A model generated the notes under the pieces. It made no database searches. It was given only the letters and a program-made list of their open reading frames with translations, and was not told the DNA's origin. From an uncultured virus (IMG/VR IMGVR_UViG_3300008117_000028) (taxonomy: Duplodnaviria; Heunggongvirae; Uroviricota; Caudoviricetes), in the IMG/VR virus record IMGVR_UViG_3300008117_000028: a stretch of DNA of 64,000 nt; one strand, written 5' to 3'. The translations under genes were made by a program, and so were the position numbers. Below, piece after piece: positions 16,512-25,042 of this stretch (its first letter is position 1; each line of letters starts with the position of its first letter).

Positions 16512-17525
16512 TTACTTCTTTAAAGCAACCTTCTTTTTAGGAAATGCCTTGTTCCAGGCTGTAGCCAACTTATTGTAATCGGCTTTTTCCTTAATTACTG
16601 CTGCGTCAGCAATAACTTTTGCTGCTGCTGCTGCATCTGCTGCAATTTTATTTGCAGCAATTACTGAATTAGCATCTGATAATTGCTTGGACAAAGAATT
16701 AATTTGTGCTTGCAATTGTGCAATTGTTCCATTTAAATCAGTTACTGTAAATGATGCCACAACTGCTTTTACTGGAACATTTAATCCAGTTACGGCTGTT
16801 GCTGATGTTGCACCAGTTACTGCAACTGTAACAGTTCCAACTACTGCTACTGCTAGGTTTTCTTTTTTAGATCCTAGCACTAGGGTTGAATCTGCTGCAA
16901 CTTGAGCTGCAGTAGATGTTACAATTTGCTTAGAAATTGAGCCATCTGCCCAAGTTCCACCAATTAGTGTTGCTGTCACAGTATCAGAAACTGCATTTCC
17001 AAATACGTCTGTTGTGTTTACTGTAATTGATGGGATAGTTCCTACTGCTACTGCAGTTGGTACGGATACTCCTACGTTAGAAACTGCTCCTGCAATTCCT
17101 TTTACATAAACAATTGTTGAATATGAACCATTAACAACGGTTACAGATCCTGTTGTTGTTGATGTTGTATAAGCATAAACAGTAATTGCTGATCCTGCTG
17201 AAGTTGCAGAATATGTTGCAGTTCCTGCTGAAGCATTTACTACTGCATTTGTAGCGCTCAAAGCTGTTACTAACTTAACTGTACTTGATGCAGTAAATGT
17301 TACTACTGTACCAGTATCTGCAGTTGCTGCAATAGCAATTGCATCTGCTGAATCTACTGTATTGTCGGCTGGAACGTTCGCAGTCGCAGGCGCTGTAGAT
17401 GTTGTAGCATTTGCTGAACCAGCAACAGTTACCGCAAGAGGTGCTGCTGATGCATTAATTGATTGAATGCCTAATAGTGCTAGGGCTGCAGCCGAAGCAA
17501 CGGCAATCTTTTTTAATGACTTCAT
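16512..17525 (-). CDS. secreted/surface protein: signal peptide, Ala/Thr/Val-rich beta region, coiled-coil and basic C-terminus
   Basis: MKSLKKIAVASAAALALLG...ASA signal peptide; AGGAG RBS. Confidence 0.8.
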   Translation of the reverse strand: MKSLKKIAVASAAALALLGIQSINASAAPLAVTVAGSANATTSTAPATANVPADNTVDSADAIAIAATADTGTVVTFTASSTVKLVTALSATNAVVNASAGTATYSATSAGSAITVYAYTTSTTTGSVTVVNGSYSTIVYVKGIAGAVSNVGVSVPTAVAVGTIPSITVNTTDVFGNAVSDTVTATLIGGTWADGSISKQIVTSTAAQVAADSTLVLGSKKENLAVAVVGTVTVAVTGATSATAVTGLNVPVKAVVASFTVTDLNGTIAQLQAQINSLSKQLSDANSVIAANKIAADAAAAAKVIADAAVIKEKADYNKLATAWNKAFPKKKVALKK

Positions 17526-17626
17526 TATTTATTTTTCTCCTTTATATCCATTTTTTTATCAAAATGGAATTCTATTTTGAGCATACGCTCATATATATAG
17601 ACGCTTAACCAATATTTTTGTTGTGT

Positions 17627-17803
17627 TTATTCTTCTGTGAATTTAATATGAAAACTACAAGGGTCTCCGCCATCTTCCCATTCTTCCATTTCTTCATCAG
17701 ATAAAGGTGGCCCCTCATGCGTATTACAAAATACTTCTGTTACCCAGTTTTTTTCACGACCATATTCATACCATGATTGAACATCTAGAAAATCTATAGC
17801 CAT
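17627..17803 (-). CDS. small acidic protein (58 aa, ...FCNTHEG...GGDPC)
   Basis: Hand-translated. Confidence 0.6.
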   Translation of the reverse strand: MAIDFLDVQSWYEYGREKNWVTEVFCNTHEGPPLSDEEMEEWEDGGDPCSFHIKFTEE

Positions 17804-18096
17804 TCTTTTATCTCTTCCATTAAAATATGTTTTGGTTTAGCTCCAATAATTTTTTTTACAGGTTTTCCGTATTGAAATAAGATTGTTGTTGGAATACTAA
17901 TAACTTCATATTCAGACGACTTTATTTTATTTTCATCAACATTTATTTTACCCACCCAAATTCCAGTATCATTAGAAACTTCATCTAATATTGGACTGAA
18001 CATTTTGCATGGTCTACACCATTCTGCCCAAAAATCAATTAAAATTATTTTATGACTATTAATTGTGTCTTCAAAATTAGAATCAGTTACTATCAC
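17794..18096 (-). CDS. trxA: thioredoxin
   Basis: DFWAEWCRPCK, KINVDEN, SIPT and GAKPK motifs. Confidence 0.92.
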   Translation of the reverse strand: MIVTDSNFEDTINSHKIILIDFWAEWCRPCKMFSPILDEVSNDTGIWVGKINVDENKIKSSEYEVISIPTTILFQYGKPVKKIIGAKPKHILMEEIKEWL

Positions 18097-18578
18097 ACCT
18101 TCTCCTTATGAGTAGGCCAATAATATTGGCACCCTTCACAACAAGGCTTATTATACTTTGAGTTGACTGAATCTGCAAATTTTTCATAATATATAGGATC
18201 TTTTTTATATAGATTTGCTTGATGTGTAGTTGTAACCAGCTTAATAGTTGTAGGATTTATAGCCCATTTAGGAGTATCATCCCCCCAGATTAAAGATTTA
18301 CGAGACCTTGAAAGTTTTTGAATATTTTGTTTATTTTTATCTACTTTAATTCCACGAGCATCTGCAAGACAAACTGCTGTCATAGCATACCTATAAAGTT
18401 CAGCTTCGGCTCCTTTCCACATAAGTACTGCAGGATGGTTACGCCAAGCATTAGATTTAGACATACCAGTTAATATATTTAGTATCTGATAAGATTCTAG
18501 TATTTGTTTGTTAAGACGCTTATTGTCTAAAGCATCAAGACTGTCTCTTTTTGCTGCATATGGTAAAAATGTTTGCAT
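18093..18578 (-). CDS. pyrimidine-dimer DNA glycosylase / endonuclease V family protein
   Basis: MQTFLPY...LDNKRLNKQILE..QI...WRNHPAVLMW...HQANLYKKDP..Y...YYWP; start moved to leaderless ATG18578. Confidence 0.8.
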   Translation of the reverse strand: MQTFLPYAAKRDSLDALDNKRLNKQILESYQILNILTGMSKSNAWRNHPAVLMWKGAEAELYRYAMTAVCLADARGIKVDKNKQNIQKLSRSRKSLIWGDDTPKWAINPTTIKLVTTTHQANLYKKDPIYYEKFADSVNSKYNKPCCEGCQYYWPTHKEKV

Positions 18579-18631
18579 GGTATCCATTCTACTAAATAAT
18601 AAATGGGCGGTCAATAGACCGCCCATGATGT

Positions 18632-18838
18632 TTATTTATCTTTTAACTCTTCCGCTGCAGAGTTAAATTTATTCATAAAAGTTTGTATAACAAAAAATGT
18701 TGTTTCTCCTGCATTTTTTGCCATAGCCTGAGATGCCTCTTCGTTTTTATCAGATTCTGGTACTGAGTTATACCACTTTTGATATAGTTCTGTTGAAACT
18801 TCTTTTATTATTTCTTCAAGAACAGTTAATTTATCCAT
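18632..18838 (-). CDS. hypothetical protein
   Basis: ORF track; followed by hairpin GGGCGGTC/GACCGCCC. Confidence 0.7.
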   Translation of the reverse strand: MDKLTVLEEIIKEVSTELYQKWYNSVPESDKNEEASQAMAKNAGETTFFVIQTFMNKFNSAAEELKDK

Positions 18839-19952
18839 TTATTTTTTTAGCCCATTCTGCTTTAATTGCAGCAAGTTTATCTGATGCTGCTTTAACTTCA
18901 GCCTGATATTGTGCTTCTGCTTGTGCTATTGCTTTATTTGCTTCTAGTATTAAATTAGCCTTAGCTTCAGCAGCCAATTGCTCTGGTGTTTTTGTAACAG
19001 GCGGAGTGGCTGTTGGAGTTTGTTTAGTAATTGCAATTTGAGAAGATGGAATTAATTTTCCATATTGCCCTCTTGCACCCTTAATAGGTTTTGACATTAG
19101 GTTAAGTGTATTAATAACTTCAGCATATGGAATTCCTGGTTTTGCTGATTTTATAGAAATCCATGTTGCAGCAACAACTTGTGTGGAAATAGAAGATCCT
19201 GCTGCATTTCTAATTTCTCCACCTGGAATTAATACTTGCATATTTCCATTAGCATAGTAATCTAATCTATCTTTATCAAAATTAGAATAATTATCAATTT
19301 GTTCATATTGATCTGCCATTCCAATAGAAATAGATTCGTTTATACATGCTGGCCACGATAGTCTAGAAAGATCTCTCATGTTTCCTGCTGCAAAAAATAC
19401 AGGAACTTCTTTAGCAACAAGAGTAGATATTGTGCCACGCAACATTGGTGTTGCTGGACAATAGTCTGTTAATGTTGTAAGTATATTATGGTTTGCCTGA
19501 GACATAGCAACAGCCTGTATATTAAATCTTGATTGATTTTCTGATACCCATTTCAATGCTAATGAAACTCCAGTTTCACCAGTAGATTGTCTTAGTCCAG
19601 AAGAGGTATTTCCAATAATTCTAATAAATACAATTTTAATATTTGGATTAGTTCTAATAGCAACAGATGCCATCTGAGTTCCATGATCAAAACCATTTTT
19701 AGAAATTATGTTAAATGGAAGGGTAGCAGATCCTGTGCCCTCCATAAATTTTTGCCCATTTGGACAAGAGTTCCATTCTAAAACACAAACTTCATGAACA
19801 ATCTTATCTTTAAAAATAGGTAAAGATGTGTCTATTGCTGTGTCAAGAATAGCTAAAGTGGGAGCCTGTTGATCCGCCTTGGCGCCCACAGTAATAAAGA
19901 CAGTAGATAGTATTGATAGTATTGATATTGCGCTTATTAGTTTTTTATTCAT
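18831..19952 (-). CDS. secreted subtilisin-like (S8) serine protease
   Basis: Signal peptide; AILDT, HGTQMAS, AAGN and GSSIS catalytic-site motifs. Confidence 0.85.
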   Translation of the reverse strand: MNKKLISAISILSILSTVFITVGAKADQQAPTLAILDTAIDTSLPIFKDKIVHEVCVLEWNSCPNGQKFMEGTGSATLPFNIISKNGFDHGTQMASVAIRTNPNIKIVFIRIIGNTSSGLRQSTGETGVSLALKWVSENQSRFNIQAVAMSQANHNILTTLTDYCPATPMLRGTISTLVAKEVPVFFAAGNMRDLSRLSWPACINESISIGMADQYEQIDNYSNFDKDRLDYYANGNMQVLIPGGEIRNAAGSSISTQVVAATWISIKSAKPGIPYAEVINTLNLMSKPIKGARGQYGKLIPSSQIAITKQTPTATPPVTKTPEQLAAEAKANLILEANKAIAQAEAQYQAEVKAASDKLAAIKAEWAKKING

Positions 19953-20151
19953 TCGTATATTTTACTAAAATATATACGATATTGTCAAGAGTTTTTGTCT
20001 AGCCTTCTTTGATACCATTTTCCAGCGTCTAATTGTGGTTGTGGTAGGTTATTTGCCTCTAAAAGAGTTACAAGCATATTGTTTAATAAATCTAATTCAA
20101 ATTCAAGTTTAATTAATTGAATTTCTATTTGTCTAATTCTTTCTGACTTTC

Positions 20152-20361
20152 TCATTCTGGTCTATCCTCTGGTGTTGGGGCGGTTGCTAAACTTCCGCAG
20201 TTTGCACATTCCATGTCTATAAAATATTGAACAATTTCATAATCATAAAATATAGCTTTAACATTCCATATGTAGCATCCGCATGGACATACGTGAGTTG
20301 GTGTTCCTCTTAAATCCATCGCCTTATCATAGTTTTCTGGCTTAAGATTATTTATGTCCAT
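20152..20361 (-). CDS. zinc-ribbon protein
   Basis: HVCPCGC...ECANCG. Confidence 0.7.
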   Translation of the reverse strand: MDINNLKPENYDKAMDLRGTPTHVCPCGCYIWNVKAIFYDYEIVQYFIDMECANCGSLATAPTPEDRPE

Positions 20362-20374
20362 AGTTAATTATACT

Positions 20375-20944
20375 CTAAACCTCTATGATTGTAAAGGGTG
20401 GTCTAACTGACATGTTAAACTTTGAAGCAGCTTCTAGCGCCATTCTGACACGTTTACGAGGTGTTTTAATAGATGCTGTAGAGAACAAAGACCCTAGGGC
20501 TATTTCTTGACCAGCTCCTTCTGCCATATACTGTAAATCTGCTTCGCCTATATGAAAATCTGTATCCATAGTAAAAATACGTCCAGTGCCTTGTACGGCA
20601 ATTAAAAATACTCCGCCTTCGTCACCATCTTCTGTAGAGCCTGCTGTTTGATTTCCGTAACCCTGTTCTTTAAATGCTTCTTTAACTGATTCTACAAACT
20701 TAGTTCTCATAAATTTATCTAAATTTTTAAAACCAGCATTGGGAGTATATTTAGGTGGAGCCCAATTGTACTGAAGTATCTGTCCCATTCTAAAACTATC
20801 AACAAATGCAATTCCAAATTGTCCTACTTTAAAAACTTTTGGATCTATTCTTGAAAAAATTAATCCACTTTTATCATCAGATGCAGCAGAGTCTCCTCCT
20901 AAGAGGACTTTGTTTTCATGAATAAGGGCTACCACTGCTGTCAT
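20375..20944 (-). CDS. HslV/proteasome-like N-terminal threonine (Ntn) protease
   Basis: Met-Thr N-terminus, GGDS, K.FK, A.GAG..IALG.L, ALEAA...V.PPF. Confidence 0.75.
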   Translation of the reverse strand: MTAVVALIHENKVLLGGDSAASDDKSGLIFSRIDPKVFKVGQFGIAFVDSFRMGQILQYNWAPPKYTPNAGFKNLDKFMRTKFVESVKEAFKEQGYGNQTAGSTEDGDEGGVFLIAVQGTGRIFTMDTDFHIGEADLQYMAEGAGQEIALGSLFSTASIKTPRKRVRMALEAASKFNMSVRPPFTIIEV

Positions 20945-20962
20945 AATACTAGTATACTAAAT

Positions 20963-21280
20963 TTAAAATTCTGTGTCGAAATTATGTATATTTTCCCCAT
21001 CAGATATATTCCTAAGCACATTTTCTAGTTCAGATTTAATTAAAATTAATTCTTGAAGGGCATCGTAATATTTATCTTTCCAGTCAGTTAATTCTTTTTC
21101 TAATTGATATAATTCAATTTTAAGGTCTTTGACCTCTAATTTTAATTGATCTTGTTCTCGTTCTCTTTGTCTGTTTTTTTCTTTTTTATTCTCGTTCAGT
21201 CCAGCAATAATTGCCGTCCCCATGCCAGACAATATCGCAGCAGCGATTGCAATAATTATAGCGTTCAGGTCTAGGTTCAT
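20963..21280 (-). CDS. membrane-anchored coiled-coil protein
   Basis: N-terminal hydrophobic helix followed by a heptad-rich region. Confidence 0.7.
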   Translation of the reverse strand: MNLDLNAIIIAIAAAILSGMGTAIIAGLNENKKEKNRQREREQDQLKLEVKDLKIELYQLEKELTDWKDKYYDALQELILIKSELENVLRNISDGENIHNFDTEF

Positions 21281-21309
21281 TATACATTAATTATACCGTA
21301 ATATCTTTA

Positions 21310-21546
21310 TTAAATTAATAATTCAGAAGCAGATATTTCATTTCCAATATATTTTTTCTTTAATATAAAATCTCTAACCAAATCTGCACCAGATTGTCTT
21401 CCAGCAATTATAATAAGCCATCTTGGTTCAAATTTTTCATTGATACATCCTTCACACATTAATAAATTTATTGGAAGCAATGTTGATTTTTTTACATTTA
21501 ATTTATTTTTTGATTTATTGCAAGAATAGCAAAGAACTTTATCCAT
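21310..21546 (-). CDS. zinc-finger-like hypothetical protein
   Basis: CYSC...CEGC. Confidence 0.7.
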   Translation of the reverse strand: MDKVLCYSCNKSKNKLNVKKSTLLPINLLMCEGCINEKFEPRWLIIIAGRQSGADLVRDFILKKKYIGNEISASELLI

Positions 21547-21763
21547 TATTATCTTCCTCTACATGACTAAAAACAATTTCATCCATAATTGAAAATTCTG
21601 AATTGTCTATCAATTCTTCATGCTCCACTCCATCTTGTGTATACTTAATTGGAGATGCAAATGCTCCCAATCTTTCTGTTGATCCATATAGTCCCAGTTC
21701 ATGAATAAATACAATTAAAACTCTATCGTAATATTCTTTCACTTGGAACTCCTTCCAGCTCAC
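21539..21763 (-). CDS. hypothetical protein
   Basis: ORF track; start uncertain. Confidence 0.55.
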   Translation of the reverse strand: MSWKEFQVKEYYDRVLIVFIHELGLYGSTERLGAFASPIKYTQDGVEHEELIDNSEFSIMDEIVFSHVEEDNNG

Positions 21764-22043
21764 ATCTTACGCCATACGACTCTAGCAATTTTTTTACTTT
21801 TGCTACATAGTCAATGACCATTTCTTTTTTAGTACCTGTAAATTGTATAAAGTTATCCTCATATAATCTTAATGCTAAAAACTCTGGATATTTAACAACA
21901 TCCATTTGTAAGTTGTTTACTGGTTTAGTTATTCCTCTTAAAGCTTTTGCCATTTCTGGTGTATAAAAAACTGGTTTGTTTGGTTCACCAGTCCATTGAT
22001 TTATTCCGTATTTAAAATGATCTTTATTTTTATCAATATACAT
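21723..22043 (-). CDS. hypothetical protein
   Basis: ORF track. Confidence 0.7.
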   Translation of the reverse strand: MYIDKNKDHFKYGINQWTGEPNKPVFYTPEMAKALRGITKPVNNLQMDVVKYPEFLALRLYEDNFIQFTGTKKEMVIDYVAKVKKLLESYGVRCELEGVPSERILR

Positions 22044-22344
22044 TTTTAACTTTTAATCTTTTCCAAACTTCATTTGTTTTATGTAAATTTTTATTTTTAT
22101 CTATAGAGCCAGAACTTAAATATACTCCACCCCAAACTCCATACTCATTATTTTGAATTCCAGATTTATAACACATTGATATTACTGGGCATGCTAAGCA
22201 GGCTTCGTCAATATTTTTTGCAATTTTTTCATCATTTTCGTATTTATCATAAAAAAGATTAGTATCCATGCCTCTACAAATAGCAAGATGCCACCAATCT
22301 AAATCTTCTTTATCTACTCCAAGATCATTTAAAATACTTGACAT
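22033..22344 (-). CDS. whiB: WhiB family Fe-S transcription factor
   Basis: W...AIC....LFY...AK...C..CPV...C.....YGVWGG. Confidence 0.9.
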   Translation of the reverse strand: MSSILNDLGVDKEDLDWWHLAICRGMDTNLFYDKYENDEKIAKNIDEACLACPVISMCYKSGIQNNEYGVWGGVYLSSGSIDKNKNLHKTNEVWKRLKVKNVY

Positions 22345-22555
22345 ATTGTTTAGGTAAAACCCACATTCCTTTATTGTTTACAGATACTTTATCTGCTATT
22401 CCCCAAGCTTTATTAAATATTCCTTTTATATTAAAAAATCCATTATTATTTTTTTTCCAAATAATTAAATCATAATTGTTCCAGTATGCTTCACTAGTAA
22501 ATGATTTATATTTATTTATAAATATATCTACGCCACGTTCGTTTAAATGTAACAT
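22325..22555 (-). CDS. hypothetical protein
   Basis: ORF track. Confidence 0.65.
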   Translation of the reverse strand: MLHLNERGVDIFINKYKSFTSEAYWNNYDLIIWKKNNNGFFNIKGIFNKAWGIADKVSVNNKGMWVLPKQYVKYFK

Positions 22556-22633
22556 TTTTCCTTAAATATAAAGGGCTAATCCCTGTATACTATTATACAG
22601 GGATACTAAAAGCCTTGTCAACTGATTTTTATA

Positions 22634-23488
22634 TTATTTTTTTATCGAAGATGGATTAAATTTTCCATCCCATAATGATTTTTTAACACTATTTACTGGT
22701 ACGCAATTTGGGACCATGCGACCATTTTTTTCTTTCATTCCTACTTGTTTATATCCAGACCAACATGCTTTTTGCAAATTGTCCCATTTATCTTCTTCTT
22801 CATTATCTGATTCATAATCTTCAGAATCCTCAGAATCTTTAGATTTTGCAACTGGCCAATTAATTTCATTTTTCATTGGATCTCCAATTGGGGCTGGGTT
22901 GGATTCGCCAGCATCTTCTGTTTCCATTTCTGCTGAATCTGATTCCTCTTCAGAATCTTCTTCTGGAACCTCGATCATTCCTTCAATTGCTTCCATTAAA
23001 TGCTCAATTACCATTCCTAATTGTTCTTTTGTAATTTCTGGACGAAGGGCTTTTGCAATATCTTCATCATCTGGAATTTCAATTACTGTATCTGCTGGAT
23101 TAATTGCGTCATCAAGCATGTCTTTAATTTCTTCTACTAAATCATCATGTGTTAAAGACTTTTTCATATTTTTTTCACGTTCTACAATTTTACGTGACCA
23201 AGAGAATCCTGCGTCTCCGCCCCATGCTAACCACATAATCTTTCCATTAGATGGATTTTCTGCATTATCCCAGTCCTTACCTTTTTTATCTACTTCATGA
23301 CGTGAAAAGAAAGAATACATACGCTTAACTGTTGAAAGGCTGAGGGTTTCTCCTCTAGCAAGTTGTCCTGCACGAGTCCAGCCTACTGCTGTTCCAGCTC
23401 CCTTAGCTTTACCTTGTTCTTTTAATTTAATTGCACGACGGGCTGCAGATTGCATGCCAGCGGTTGGTTTGTATCCTTCTTTTGCCAT
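22634..23488 (-). CDS. phage protein with basic N-terminal domain, acidic linker and C-terminal CW.GY....K.K.G..VPNCVP motif
   Basis: RA.QLA...LS..TVKRM.SFF.RH...W.AWGG.AG..W pattern recognised from phage proteins; function unknown. Confidence 0.7.
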   Translation of the reverse strand: MAKEGYKPTAGMQSAARRAIKLKEQGKAKGAGTAVGWTRAGQLARGETLSLSTVKRMYSFFSRHEVDKKGKDWDNAENPSNGKIMWLAWGGDAGFSWSRKIVEREKNMKKSLTHDDLVEEIKDMLDDAINPADTVIEIPDDEDIAKALRPEITKEQLGMVIEHLMEAIEGMIEVPEEDSEEESDSAEMETEDAGESNPAPIGDPMKNEINWPVAKSKDSEDSEDYESDNEEEDKWDNLQKACWSGYKQVGMKEKNGRMVPNCVPVNSVKKSLWDGKFNPSSIKK

Positions 23489-23631
23489 TATTTCTCCTTA
23501 ACGCTAATTACTTTAACGTTTGTTATTTCATCGTCTACACCAAATATATCATTTGCATAGTCTAGAGCATCATTTTCATCAAAGGCTTCTACTTCTACCT
23601 CTACCTCTAATTTTACTCTATAGGTATTCAT
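23488..23631 (-). CDS. small acidic protein (47 aa, MNTYRVKLEVEVEVEA...)
   Basis: Hand-translated; fills the gap exactly. Confidence 0.65.
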   Translation of the reverse strand: MNTYRVKLEVEVEVEAFDENDALDYANDIFGVDDEITNVKVISVKEK

Positions 23632-24216
23632 TTATTTAATTGCTTGACCACACTCTGAACATGTTTTTGCTTTTTTAGTTGTTTTTGCAACAGGTTCAGA
23701 TTTTTTAACAAGGCTTGCTCCAAATTTAGGTCTTCCAAATCCAACAATTGAAACCATTATATTCTTTTTATTTTTCTTATATGCACGAAGCTTTTTGCAA
23801 ACTTCTCCACCATTTCTTTGACTTCCTTTAGGGTCTCCAGAAGTATTTCCTTCAATACACCAAACGGTTCCATCTCCATTGTCAGTCATAACTATTCCAA
23901 CATGAGAAATTCTATCTACACCGTCTGATGGGAAATCAAAATATGCAACATCTCCTGGCTCTGGATCTGCAATGTCTCCGTCAATCCATTGACCAGCTTT
24001 TTTAAATGCTGCTGCTCCGCCTGGAGTATAAACTGTGTTAGGAACTTTTACTCCTGCTTCATTTGCACACCACATAACAAATGATCCACACCATGGTTGA
24101 AAATTAGCTTTAGTAAATGCACCATATTTTGTTTCATTGTCTTTTGGTCCTTCTACAGTACCAATTTCAGCTTTAGCAACTTCAACAAATTTTTCTGCTG
24201 TTCCTTGTGCTGACAT
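23632..24216 (-). CDS. endolysin, CHAP amidase/peptidase domain
   Basis: EIG..EGP..N.TKYG, PWCGSFV.W, HVGIV, IEGNTS and GFGRP motifs. Confidence 0.88.
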   Translation of the reverse strand: MSAQGTAEKFVEVAKAEIGTVEGPKDNETKYGAFTKANFQPWCGSFVMWCANEAGVKVPNTVYTPGGAAAFKKAGQWIDGDIADPEPGDVAYFDFPSDGVDRISHVGIVMTDNGDGTVWCIEGNTSGDPKGSQRNGGEVCKKLRAYKKNKKNIMVSIVGFGRPKFGASLVKKSEPVAKTTKKAKTCSECGQAIK

Positions 24217-24218
24217 TA

Positions 24219-24629
24219 TTAATCCTTATCCCAATTTGTATCTACAGGTTGTTCTTCTGGCATTGCTCCGTCTGGTTTTGCTAATCTACGAGCTTTTGCT
24301 TCATCAATTTCTGCTTCTAATTTTTTATCTGCTTGTGTATTTTTTGCATCCATTTCTTTGTTAGCTAATTGTGCAGACATAATATCTTTAGCACCAGATT
24401 GGCCAATTAAAAGTCCAGCTAATGTTCCTGTAATAAATGTTGCTACTGATCCTAGGACATTGAAAAACATTTTATCATTCTCAGATTGACCAGTAATTGG
24501 CTGTGTTACAAATATTAAAGCATACATAATGCCTACTGCTGTAATAAAAAGAATTGATCCTAATGTAATTCCTAAAATAAATTTTAATCTTGCGTCTAAT
24601 TCTGCTGGTGTTAGTCTTTCTCTAGCCAT
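24219..24629 (-). CDS. two-TM membrane protein, holin candidate
   Basis: Two hydrophobic helices and a charged C-terminal tail; adjacent to the endolysin. Confidence 0.6.
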   Translation of the reverse strand: MARERLTPAELDARLKFILGITLGSILFITAVGIMYALIFVTQPITGQSENDKMFFNVLGSVATFITGTLAGLLIGQSGAKDIMSAQLANKEMDAKNTQADKKLEAEIDEAKARRLAKPDGAMPEEQPVDTNWDKD

Positions 24630-24819
24630 TTGTATTTTCCTTAGTATCTGCTAAATCTTCTGGACATGCTCCGTTAGCTGTACAGATAGGTGGTTTACAT
24701 TCTGCTTTTTCCCAATTTGCTGGGTCCTGACATGGATAACGATAATGTCCATCGTATCCGCATCCGCTTATAGACAGGACTAAAAGGCTAGAAGCTAAAA
24801 ACACCTTTAATTTTTTCAT
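24622..24819 (-). CDS. small lipoprotein (lipobox ISGC) with Cys/Pro-rich mature part
   Basis: MKKLK-hydrophobic-LSISGC. Confidence 0.75.
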   Translation of the reverse strand: MKKLKVFLASSLLVLSISGCGYDGHYRYPCQDPANWEKAECKPPICTANGACPEDLADTKENTNG

Positions 24820-24851
24820 AAGTCTATTATAGCAAATATGAATTTAGTAGG

Positions 24852-25040
24852 CTATTCTTCTTCTTTTTCGGCTCTTTCTCTAATGCCTATAGTTAAAAAC
24901 CATATAGCTACAGAGGCTAATGTTACATATCCAACAACTGTTTTTGCACTACCCTCAAGAACAACCCAGGCTACAAAAAATCCTAGAAATGTAAAATTCT
25001 CACTAAGAATAGCAATTGCTCTTTTCTTTAACCAGTTCAT
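24852..25040 (-). CDS. small two-TM membrane protein
   Basis: Two hydrophobic stretches. Confidence 0.7.
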   Translation of the reverse strand: MNWLKKRAIAILSENFTFLGFFVAWVVLEGSAKTVVGYVTLASVAIWFLTIGIRERAEKEEE

Positions 25041-25042
25041 AT

